DNA from: Macrostomum lignano
Lineage: Eukaryota
Direction: 5' to 3'
Length of the DNA stretch: 64,000 nt
Assembly: GCA_002269645.1 (NCBI GenBank)
Contig: NIVC01000227.1
Location: forward strand, 558,001-622,000
The notes beneath the pieces are model-generated. The model had not been told where the DNA came from and searched no databases. It was given only the letters and a program-made list of their open reading frames with translations. Position 1 is the first letter of the stretch; each line of letters opens with the position of its first letter. Shown here piece after piece: positions 37,316 through 49,162 of this stretch. The translations under genes and the position numbers were made by a program.

Positions 37316-37525
37316 CTTCTCAACTAGCTTTATTCCAAGATCTTCATATTCCTTGTCACTATAGCAGCGAAATGGATATTTCTCAACCACAATGGCCACT
37401 TTGTCACCATATTGAGCTAGTATCTTGGCACATTGGTTAGGAGTCAATGGAGTCCTAGTTTCATTTGGCACCATAGTCTCACGCAGGACTCCAATGGTGA
37501 ATGGCTTAGGCTTGTTGTTAGTCAT
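37316..37525 (-). CDS. LKR/SDH-like copy B, exon 1
   Basis: MTNNKPKPFTIGVLRETMVPNETRTPLTP...CYSDKEY...LVEK. Donor AAG|GTAAGT (phase 0). 70 codons. Confidence 0.9.
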
Positions 37526-38677
37526 ATTTTTTGCTTGTTAGTTTCAAATGAAAGATAAGCATGCACAAATGATTGAAACAAAATCAATTTTTAGCTTTGG
37601 TTTTATTTAGTTATTTATTAAAATATATTGAAACTTTAAGCATAGGTTATATAGTCATAACCAAAAGTATATAATGCAAAGGCAAAAAATAAAGATCCAG
37701 ATCAGGACAAAAAGGACAAGACAAATATTTATCAAATTATCATTTTAGCAAAGGCAAAATAGAAAAAAAGCAAATAGCCTATTTTAGATCTACACTTAGT
37801 TACGCAACATTTTTTTCAATATTTATAAATGATATACTTAAATTAAGCCTAGCCTAAATAATGATAATGCTTTTTTGTTATAGTTGTTGACTCTGTTCCT
37901 AATTAATTATGTGACTGGCACCCTTGGAATACAAGATTGACTAGTACCAATTGACCTTATTTTAAATTTCTTTATCAAATCAATACTAAATGATATATTG
38001 ATATAAAAGTTAATTTTAAAAACAAGAAAAAGATAGTTTACTAAACATAGTTGGTCAGTAGTCAAGTCATAGGCCTATTATTGTTTATTGTATTGGTAGG
38101 CCTACATTACATTCTTGTTAGTAAATTTGCAGATTTGCTGAATCTTGTAAAATGTAAATGTACGAAATAAAAAGAGAAAAATAAACAATAAATTCTGACA
38201 TGCTTTGCCAAATTAAATGGCATGAGTGTGATTCAGAATTTGGAAAATTAGATTCATAGGCCTATTTCAATTCATTTGGTAGAACATTTTTCTTATCATC
38301 AGTCTATCTAGTAAACCTCAGAGTCAGACTTAAACTCAGAGTCTGAGTCTGGTCTTAGTTGACTCCATAAACGTATTAAAAAAATTTAAATAAAATGAAA
38401 GGAAACTAGACTTCGTTTTTGCCCTTTTAGTCAAGTGTCTTTGAGTTGCGTTTTAATTAACCTAAATAGTTATGGTTAGACTTAGTTAAGAGCCGATAAG
38501 GATAAGTCTAATCTGTTAAACAGCTTGTGAAAGCATTTTTTAGTACTTGCTTCGCTAAAAGCCTCAGTATGTGGCAGAGTACTGAGGACGAACCTGCGTT
38601 AAATACTATTGGAAGAATTAGCAAAAGTGCAACTCGAGCACGTATCATACGCGTGAAGCGTGACTGACCGCGACGTA

Positions 38678-38936
38678 GGGCCTTTTCATATTGCTTGCTC
38701 TGGTTCCAGAACCAGAACCAATTTGTGAAGTATAACTTTTTGTCTCCATAACTAGAAGGAGATACGTGCTATAAATTTTTATTATTGAATGACAATCGCC
38801 AAGAAGAAAGTGAAAAATTGTGCTAAGTTAGGTTGTTAAGGCAGTCAAATATTAACAGAGTTTAATAGTTATACTGCTGTTTTTCTTGGAATTCCGAACC
38901 GATTCTGGTTCTGGAATTGGTAATATGAAAAGGCCC
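38678..38936. mobile_element. PIF/Harbinger-like MITE
   Basis: TIRs GGGCCTTTTCATATT / AATATGAAAAGGCCC, 3-bp TSD GTA on both sides. A second copy lies in the opposite orientation at 62387-62651. Confidence 0.75.
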
Positions 38937-41900
38937 GTAGTTTAAAATGACCCAAAATACCGAATTCAAAAGTTTAGTGCACGCACACTAAAACGATAAA
39001 ACAACATTATTTCCATAATTTTAACTTTGGAGTCGATCACATAGACACAGCAAGAATATTTTTAGTATTTAGACTATATTTTAAAATGACGTTTCTACAT
39101 GCGTTATAGAATAATATTAATGTTTTAATGGCTGCAAATTTATTCTTTTTTTCTAGAATAGTGCTAGCCAGCCGTGTCACAATCACGTAGCTTAATAAGA
39201 CACGTTTTTCTCGGCTTCAGAAGCGGTCAATACATGTTTCGTGTACGCTAATGAATGGGAAATATTACATTAAAATTGTTTCACTTTGAAAATATATAAC
39301 ATGCATTGTAGAAGTTTAAAATAACTACGTATTCGTCATGCACCTTTAAGTTTATTGTGCATATGGTGAATGAAAATTTTTTTTTATAAATTTGTGGTTT
39401 AAATGTTTATACGGACATGCATATTTTTAAATAGCCTAGGCCTAATCGTGAACGTCGGTACGCAATTAGGTACGATTGTACGAACTTGGACTTCTTTCTC
39501 AATTAAGGCGTTAAAGAAACCACAATATTAATATGTTTACTGAATCAATTATAATGTGGCCCATTACTGGTTAAATTAATCAGCTTATTGTAGTAGGCAA
39601 TGTAATATACAATAATTTCGAGTAGGCGTACTGGTGTCTGGTGTCAATGACTTGTTTGACCTAAATTATACATTAGGCAAATACACTGTCTCTAGACTCT
39701 AGCCAGACGAGTAGAAGCAAAATATTGACTCATTACTTATTAGCTAGGCCTAATATCAATACCATATCTTTGTTAATGATTGGGAATATAAAGTAAAGTG
39801 TACATCAATGATCAGTATCTTGTTTATTTCTGTCTGCTTTTTTATCCCTTTAGGCCTATCTCTTTATCTTTTTATTTTCAAAATAGAAATCTCAATAAAG
39901 GGATAGTAGGTTTATATGAAAAAATAAAATAAATAGATAAAGAATAGTCATGGACTCATTGGGGTTGGGGTCTTATCAAAAGTGTTTAGGAAGTTATATT
40001 GGTAGGCCCCCTTATTACTTTTTGAAAAATTTAATTTCAATATTCTTCTTTTTCATAGTTTTCAATCACTACTTTCTACTTATTACAAATTCTCAAAAGC
40101 TGATATATTCTCACTACAATTTTTGTTGAAAACTCTAACATTTTCATTTTGTATGATCAAAACAAATCATTCCTTATATTCTCTTTTTGACTTCCTCCCA
40201 AACCACTTCTAATAAAGTCTACCTATAAACAAATAAAAAATTCTTTGCAACCTTACATCAAATTCAGCTCTTGGCCTTGACAATATTTCCAGTATTGTTT
40301 TAAAAACATATAAGTTATTTCCTAGAGGCCTATCTTATGAAAATTTTAATATATAAGCCTTATTTCATTCTAAAAGTATGGAAATTATACAAAGTTATTC
40401 CTATTTATAAAAAAGATGATAAAAACAGTGGCACAACTAAAGGGTAGATGTTCAGTTGCCCAATGCCCCTCCTCTTTATGCATTTAGATTAGACTAAAAA
40501 AAATCTAGAAACTTTTAGAGACTAGAAAAAAATCAAAAGGGACCAAGCAATTTTTTCCAAAAAAAATAAATCCACCTTTCTGCCCTCTCCTTCCTAGGGT
40601 TTTTATCCTATAGAATATATTTTCTCTAAAAATTATAATTGCACTATTGTATAAAAATGGCATAAATAGATATTGCCCAATATCTTTAATAATTATAATA
40701 AGGAAATATATAGATAGTTATTAATAGCTTATGAAATTAAGTAATAGTCAAATACTTTTTTAAATAGAGCCATTAGCTAATGCTAGCTTAGCCATTTAAT
40801 ATATCTAAAACATTCAAAACTGGGGTTTTGACTGGAATATCAAGTTTAATCCAAATAAGTATAAGCAAATAATTACTAATAGCAAGAAGAATTGCCATGA
40901 TTTTCTACCTGTTTATTTTGATAATGTAGATTGGCTTACTATTTAAAAGTTAAATTGCTTTGCATCATTATTGATAATGAACTAACATGGTCTAAGCAAG
41001 CACCTTAGAACCCAAAGTAAAAAGTAGCTTCTATAGCTTCCATTAGATTCCTATAGGGTTGTAGCTCTAGTAAACTTTAGTAGCTCCTCCCTCCTTTTGC
41101 TTCATAGTCATATTATGGTCTTTGTTTAAATAACAAGTAGCATAGTTTCTCTTTTAAGCTTCCTTTCTCAAAAAACAAAGTAACAAAAGCAGTGCCTTTC
41201 CCACTTACTGCAAAGTATAAAATGCTCTATATGTAGCATTTGCAGGACCTGGTATCAAGCCATCAATATTCAAGAGCCAGGTATCTCAGATACTATCTTG
41301 ATCATTTTTGCACTTCTCTTGTTCTTTTGTTTCCTTCCCATTTTTTATAGCAATGAAGCACTATTAGTGTTATTGGTTCTTGACTACTCTCCATATAATA
41401 TTAAGGAATAATAATAATAATGAAATAATAGCTATTAAAAAATAAAATTTATCACTCACTCTAAAATAATAGAAGTGCATAGTGGCAATAGGCTCAAGTC
41501 CTATTTCTAGAAAATTGCTTTAGTAAGACTGCTCATTCAAACTTTTGTTTCCTAGATAAGCTTGGCCTATTATTTGTCTAAGTAAGACAGCTATAGTACT
41601 AGTTGCAGATAGTGTCTCATTTGGGCTTTGTCTTTGTGATCTATTTAGCTAGTTATAAACTTATTATAGACTATAAACTATTAGTTTATTCATGCTAATC
41701 CATTTGTAGCAAACCCATAGTTTGTGATTTTTTGCAATTGAAATATTAATAGCAATGATTTATAAAAAATAATAATACTATCTAGTAGTAACCAAAAATG
41801 AAAATAAAATCTAACTTAATTGAAAAACCTATTGTCATTGATCAAACTAGTTTGTAAAAAATGCTATATTCTGTACTTCAAATTCCTCACAAGTCCTTGT

Positions 41901-43099
41901 CTATTTAATTATCTTTATATCTAAAGCTGAGTAGACTAGTCGACTGGCCAGGTTTAATGCGTATCTCCTCTTAGATGGCTGGCAACTCAAATGTGAGACT
42001 TATATCTATCAATGCAGAATTTTCCTATGCAACAAATAGGCAATTTTAATTTTATATTTTAAAAGTAAAATCCGTTAAAAAAGCAAAATACTATTTTATT
42101 AACCTTCTTTGGCCACTTTGCCTCTTCAGTGAAGGGGTAGTGGCATAATTGTGAAAACAACCTCCCCAACCTCTTCTCGCAGGTTGCTGTGTATTGGAAA
42201 GGTAGGTGACGCGTGTTCTGGGTTCGATGCTAAATTAAAACCTTGCATGTTCAAGGTGCAGTAAAATTTAATGATTCCTCTAGAATCAGGGGGAGGTTGG
42301 TTTGGACTGAGTGTACATAGCAATGTACTGTGTAAATAGATAGATAAGGACTATGTCAAGATTCAGTTGGTTTTCTTATTGGCATCTCTCAAAAGGCTGT
42401 GTATTAGCTGGGCAGTGAAATTTAATGAATAAACTTGCAAGCCTTTTACTAGCTAGCAGGCAGGTGAATATACATGCAATATTTCAATGCTTTAAATCAA
42501 GAAGTTCAAATGTTAACTGTTCTTCGAGTTTTAAACTTTGAGAGGAGAGACTTATATTGCTGGAAAGATCTTGCAATGTTGAATTCAGGGATATAAGTTG
42601 TTTTCTTTAAATATGAAATTGAAAAGCTTCAAAAAACAATTTTTATACTTTTGACTTTCTGCAAAGATTGTTATCATTTATGCAATAGGTCAAAGATATA
42701 AGTTGCAGGGTTGTGTTCTTACATTCAAGCCAGCTATTATTTGAGTATATTGGAGGGGTGCGTGACTAAATGCAAATAAAAGCCCCATGTTGAGGGGCTG
42801 TGATAGGGATTGGTGTACACAAAAGTGATGTATAGTGTTTTGGAATTACTTTATTTGTGGCCTTCTCTAAGTGCCAATGGAGACTAAAAGGCTATAGATA
42901 GCAATAAAATGAGGGTTACTAATTTAACCCTAACCACTGATGCCTTTACCTTGAATATTTTAATCATAGACAAGTAGAAAATGTATTTTTATAGACTTCA
43001 ATTTAACCAAGTTTTGAATCTTGATTGACTGCAATTTGATAGATATTAAATTGATAGATTGCAGCTTGAAGATGATATACTATATATTTGAAAGGGTGA

Positions 43100-43570
43100 A
43101 CTGAAAGGGAATATAGAAAAGAGAAAGGAAAGAGAAGAGAAGATTTGATGACAGACAGAACACAAGAAGAGAGAATTAAAGGGAGAGAGTAGAGAAACAA
43201 AATAGAGAGAATATAAGCAAAATAAGAGATTAGGAGTTGAAAGGAGAAAGGAGAGAAAAAAGAGGAGAGAGGAGAGAGAAAGAGATGAGATAAGAAAAGA
43301 GAGGGTAAAGACAATATTGAAGATATGAGAATTAAGAGCAGAAAGAAAAAAAAGGAATGAGAGAGAACAGGGCAGAGAAAAACAATAGATAAGAGAGCTT
43401 AGAGATAAGAGGAGAGATAAAGAGACTAAAGAGACTCTGAAGAGGAGAGAAAGAGACAAGAGAGAAGAGAGAAGCAAGAGGAAAAGGGAGAGAGAAGAGA
43501 AAAGCGAGATGGAAAGAAGGAGAGGAGGGACGAGATGAGAGATTAGAGATGATAGAGAAGAGATGAATGG
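43100..43570. repeat. GA-rich low-complexity tract
   Basis: Almost only A/G on +. Gives spurious L/S/F-rich minus-strand ORFs. Confidence 0.85.
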
Positions 43571-43945
43571 CATTTATATGGCAGAGCCCCCAGATAGCAA
43601 ATGTTTGATATGCTAAAATATATACATAGGAATATTTTTAAGAACCAATTCCATCTTCAGTTTTATACATCACCTTTGAGTAAAATTTTAATGAATGTTT
43701 GCTATGAATCTCTTTTTTATGAAAGTAGCAGAAATACACAACAAAAGATTCCCCCTCAGTCGAAAGCACTACCCAGATGGCAAGTATCCCCCAAAGAAAA
43801 ATTAATAAGTAAAATTGTAGTTTAAAAGTATTGGTTATGCTACAAGTTTGATTATTTATTGCATAGTTTGTGACATTAAATTTGTAGGTCCTTATCCTTA
43901 GCTTCTAAGTTCTTACTGCTTCCTAATTGTTCATTACCTTTTCAG

Positions 43946-46900
43946 ATGGCACCTGTTCAGCGTGTTAGCGGGTGGAGCATCTTTGTAAAAGAGAAAACTC
44001 ATGAGATGCAAGGTAATTATATAAAACTGTGTTGCATGGTTGAATGGCCAAAAACTTTTTGCAATTCATAGTTATGTGCATTTTTACTATGAATTTGACC
44101 TGTATTTTTTATTTTGGCCTGAAGGATATTTGCTTATTTTTAGGTTTATAGCCCTACCTACATCTAGTCCAACTTACTTTAGTAGTCTAATTCTATTTTT
44201 AAGAGTTTGGTTTCAACTATGCTTTACTTACAATTTCCATGTAAACATTCTTTCGCTTCAAGTCAGAATACTGCAATTTTTGTTGTCATTTTAGTGGCTC
44301 TTGCACACTACATTATAATGTATTGTGTTTTGTGCATGCACATATTGTATTGTTATAATCTTGCTCTTGCAGCTTATTCAGATTTTTGAGTGTCTAACAA
44401 ATACTGTTGTATTTAACTGTTGATGCTCTTAATAAGAAATTCAGTGAGTATTAGTCTGCTTGCTATTGGTTTGTTTTACTTTAGAGATATCCACTTCAAT
44501 TTTAGAAAAAATATTTTACTTTCTTGGCTCGGTTTGAAGTCTCATCTGCCCAACTAAAGAATCAGAAATGAGTATAATTACCACTGTTTAAATAAAAAGG
44601 GTGTAAAACAGCAAAGTTATGCAAATTCAGTTTGTCTTGCCATAAAAATTAGATATATACAGAAACACAGCTTCCCATAAAAGTAGTCACTGTAAGTCCA
44701 GATAATCGAATGTAACCAACAAAATTTTCTCTTTTTTTCTGAAAAGTTCTAGATTTAACTACAGGATACCACAAAATCGGGTTCTTTTAGTTTTTTGTAT
44801 TTTATTGCGTACAAATTGACCTATTTAGCACAAATTGGCTGTTTTTCTGGGAGCACGAGAATTGCCCGCATACAAATTGCCCTCCGAGGTTTGCACGCGC
44901 AGTGAATTTTGCCCGTGAGCAAATTGCCCGCGAGTTCAAAACTGCACGTGAACGAGTTGTCCGAGTTTTTCCCGCCGAGGTTTGCCCGAAATACTTTTTT
45001 TCCTGCAGTGCATTCAGCCACGAAGCAGATTTTGTCTGCATTGGCCCCCATGGGGCAAATGCTTAGTAACTCTTAATAATAATATTTACCCGATCAAAAC
45101 ATTTCGATAGTAACTGCGTATCGATTGAATATTTTTCTTGTAGATATTCAGTTCTATATACATGCAGGGGTACATCAGTGAGCTATAATTCATACATATG
45201 CAATGTCGCTCTGCCTCGTGGCTGAATGCGCTGCCGGAAAAAAGCACTGCAGGGCAATTTGTCTGGGCAATTCTCATGGACCCTGCTTCTCTTGGTTTTA
45301 AACTCACGACCTTGTACCCAAAATGTGTCTTGTTTATTTCCTAAACTTTACCCACTGGTAGCTGCTTATCAAGTTATCACTATTATACATATCAGCTTTC
45401 TGTACTTAGCCCATATGTCTAAGATACCTTTACCCCTGCTTCTCTTTCTAGCTCGGCATATGGCAAAGACTGGGCAAAAGTCTGGAACTTTCAACTTCAA
45501 AGGTATATGGAATTAAACTTTTTTTCATAGGTTTTTTCAAAAGCTTCAAAAAGGAAGCAAAATATTTGAATTCATTTCAGTCTTTTCATGTCTTTTATTC
45601 AGTTTCTGTCAATAATTTTGAAATTTTTGAGACCTGTGAATAATTTCTTGAACCTGTTCTTTTTCTGCATTAACTTACTGAAGATACTGAAGTCCTTCCA
45701 TTTCAGGACTTTATGACATTTTTATCCTTAAGTCATATGGGATTCCGATTTACAATGCTAGTGCGATTTTCCAGGGCTATGCAGACTTTGCAGCTAGCTA
45801 CTCATCGCCTTGAGTGCATCAACCAGAGTAGTTTTAATATGTATAGCTTAAGATAGCTTCTTTAAATACAAGTGGAAGATGCTTTTATAGAATTATGTCC
45901 GTCATTTTAAATTAGCAAGATATCTTTAAAGCAAGGCATTAAAAAATACCCTTTACCTTCCTTTTTCAACCAAATCGGCCTACAAGCATTGATGCCACGG
46001 CTGCATAAAGCGTATGCCAAATTAGATAAATATGCAAAAGATGTCTATGTAGAAAAGGCCGCTGAGGAGAATATGAGGCGAGCTCAATGCCTCTCGGAAA
46101 GCAAGTGCCTGCGAATGGCTCGCAGAAATGTGTGTCTTTGTTTTGTTTTTTTCTATTCTGTGTTGTACGTTTTGCTTTATGTTCTGGCGTATGCTTTGCC
46201 TTTAAGTTGTGCGTAGAAACTTACTCCAAGTGGTACGTGCTGCCATGAAATACTTTTTTTGCAGAGCCGTATGGTAAGAAAGTACAGTCAGTTGTAGCTT
46301 TGATACTAGTTAAAATTGTATAATTCTTTTGTTTTTGATTTGTTCTAAAGTATTTTGATTTCTGTCTGCGTTTTAAGAAACAACGATATATTTTATTTAA
46401 TACTATTTTTTAGTATGGTCCTAAAGTAAGTTTTTGCTTCTTTCAATTATGATATTTTGAACAAATTGTTGCTTACAATTTAGGAAAAATCACAATACGC
46501 GTAATACGTCTACTTGATGCGCAAGTGTCGTATTAAAACCAATATTTGTAAAGCAGAGTTTAGAAAAAAACTAAAAAGTTTAAAATGAAGTTGCATAGCT
46601 GAACACGTTAGCTACGTAAATTATTTTTGTAACTTACAAACTGGTGACATTTACATATCAAAATACTAAAATAAAAGGGTCTTACAGAAGTTAAACCAGG
46701 AGACAAGCAAAATATAAATAAACATGAGTTATTACATCCATTTGTAGTAATATATTGATGGCTAACGAAAGAAGTAAAGGGTAAAACGGGGGCGGATTTA
46801 CCAAAAAATAGCTTGACCGAACACATTGCGCCCCCTAAACGTGATTTTTCTCCCCCCCCCTACGCGCATTTTTTGCGCCCCCTAGCTTAAAAATTGGCGC

Positions 46901-47379
46901 CCCAAACATGGACCCCCCCCCCAAATGAAACTAGATCCGCCACTTGGTTAAAAAAATTGGTGCAAAGAAAAACTCAATGGTGCTACAAATGCTGAGGTAT
47001 CAATCATAAAATACCGTACTAAATAACGGGATTAAAAAATGAAATAAAGTCTTGCTACGTCCAGCTTTTATTTTTTGTCATCATAAGCTTAATATGTTTT
47101 ACATTACCAAGTTTTTTCATTCGGCAGAAATATGCAAAACGGTGCTTCGAATTATACTTTTGTTTATAAAGAGTCTACAACATCAGCTTCTATGGCTGCT
47201 TTTGCATTTATGCCTGTTCTAAGGGTACTTACCATTCATAAAAAGCATTGCCATTTCAGATTGCAGAAATGGAACGCGTAGGTATTTCCGCTGCAATATT
47301 GTTTGTCGGCCACGACTGCGAGCGTGCTCTGGAAACATCTGGCCTCCGTGGTTTCGCACAAAAGCACGACCTGTTTTCG
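43946..47379 (+). CDS. Tentative spliced HMG-box-like protein (exons 43946-44012, 45987 or 45936-46104, 46217-46273, 47260-47379; 3' end not found)
   Basis: VSGWSIFVKEK resembles HMG helix 1 and LHKAYAKLDKYAKDVYVEKAAEENMRR resembles helices 2-3. GT/AG junctions are phase-compatible except the third, which needs one extra T in the T7 run at 46254-46260. Confidence 0.4.
44849..45283. mobile_element. MULE-like MITE with AAATTGCCC subterminal repeats
   Basis: Imperfect ~35-bp TIRs (GGGAGCACGAGAATTGCCC.../...GGGCAATTCTCATGGACCC). Flanks TGTTTTTCT and TGCTTCTCT are a 7/9 match to a 9-bp TSD. Confidence 0.55.
46788..46943. mobile_element. Short GGCGGAT-terminated MITE-like element
   Basis: GGGGCGGATTTA at the left end, TAGATCCGCCAC at the right end, internal GCGCCCC repeats. 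Confidence 0.4.
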
Positions 47380-49162
47380 GTAAATATGCGTTGGTGCTAT
47401 GTAATTTTCGGAACAGCTTTGTACCAATAATGTATAGATTTAATCACGACTGTCAGTGTAAATTTAACCGTAGTCACGACAAATCCGTGACGGCTTTAAT
47501 TGCTGCGATCTGTTTGAGATTGCTTACAATCTATTTAAAATTAGAACAATATTGCAAGTGCTAATCCGTTTTGGTGTTGAGTCTTAAACAAAGCATCCAT
47601 TTTTGTTTACTTCCCCTGATCCTTTCAGCTTTATTATAAGGTTTTTTAGTATTTCTATGTAAAAATAATGCTAAAATTTATAGCTACACTGTTTCCTAGT
47701 AAACATACATCCATAGTTAAGACGTTTAAAACGGAGATAAGCACCTGCTGCGAAATATTAAAGCCCTGAATACTTTAACCGTAGTTCTTGGTTGCCCTGT
47801 AAAAAATTCGGCTGCTTCTTCGGCGGATTTTTTTGTGCAAAATAGGAGTGGACTCTACCGAAATCCCCCCTATCTCGCAAGAGTTAAAGAAACCACCCAG
47901 GAAGCAGCCGATGTGATCGTAAATTGTGCGGAAACCGCCGAAAAATCACCCGAACCAGTGGCCCATGGGACAACCAGAGAATTATTTACGATCGATTCCT
48001 CGGCGGTTTCTGCGCACGGAATCTTCCGAACTGGAGGATTCTTTGGCTGACTACTCGGTGGTTTCTAAGCATGGAATCTCCCTGAGGATTCCCTCCAGTT
48101 TGGGTCTCACGTCACAATTATGACATTGATCATAGCATCTGGCCCAGACCGAAAGAAATCAATCAACAAATATTTTAAAGAAGACTAGCAGAATTCACAG
48201 ACAGGTACGCAAAATCTACCTGTTACGCAAAAAGAGTCTTTATAGAGATTGTATTTTTATTATATTTCGTTATATTTGCAACTGCATGTACTTTTAATAT
48301 AGTTGAAAAAATGGCTGCATAAACTGTAAGTAGTAAAATATGTGAGTAAACGGTTGGCGACAGAAAAGCGGGTATTTACTGCACACGATAATCTACGTGC
48401 AAATAAACAAGCAAAAGCAATAATTTACAGACTTGTCGCACACAAAAACATAAGCTTAGTCCAGTCAAGTAATATGAACGTAATATAAAACTGCCTTAAA
48501 TATTAGGCTGCTTCCTGGGTTGATTCCACTCTGTTCAGGTGATTCTTCGGTTGATTCCATTTCGCCACCAAGAAGCACCGAGAAACCGCCCAGTTAGGTA
48601 GATTCCAAGCATGGAATCATCCGATTGGTCTGTTTCCAGCGTTCGGCTGTTTCTTTTTCTGGAAACACCGCAGATTCCAACTGGAATCACCCAAAGAAAC
48701 ATCCCAATTTTTTAGCGGGTGGTCCCACTATTTCCATTATAATTTGGCGAATCTATTTTAGACCCCTTATAAACAAAGCGCCCTTAACCGGTCCTAGTCC
48801 TAATATGAAGCTGCATCCCTATCCACTGGTTCTGTGTAAAATATATTGGTAATACGGGTCGTTGGACTGTTCTCAGTAAATTACATTCTAAGTAGTTAAT
48901 TTAGTCTTCTAAGCCTTCTAATAAGCCTTCTAAGTAGTTCTATGACAAAAGACAAAACATTTTGTCTGTTTTATTTTAGAAAGTTGCGGACTTCAGAGGA
49001 GGGCGTCTAGGGCCAAAACGTGCACCGGAGCTGCGCAGCGAGGTCGCAGCAATGTTACAAGAAAAATTTAGTGAGTTTATTACAGCGCAAACTGTGAAAA
49101 CATTACACACATTTTTTCCTCCGAACTTTTTACTTTAACTCTGTTTTAAGTATTTCTGACTA

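Noticed and set aside
14626-37525. Bacterial contamination as the source of the bacterial-looking genes
   Set aside because: Phase-consistent GT-AG introns, one conserved between paralogues, and eukaryotic TEs and satellites within the genes.
41180-41350. WLLNIDGL peptide on the minus strand resembling a LINE endonuclease start
   Set aside because: Surrounded by stops with no further endonuclease motifs; too short to support.
47800-48720. Possible element with CCCTGTAAAAAAT / ATTTTTTAGCGGG ends and internal CCCAGGAAGCAGCC inverted match
   Set aside because: The matches are short and degenerate and no TSD could be established.
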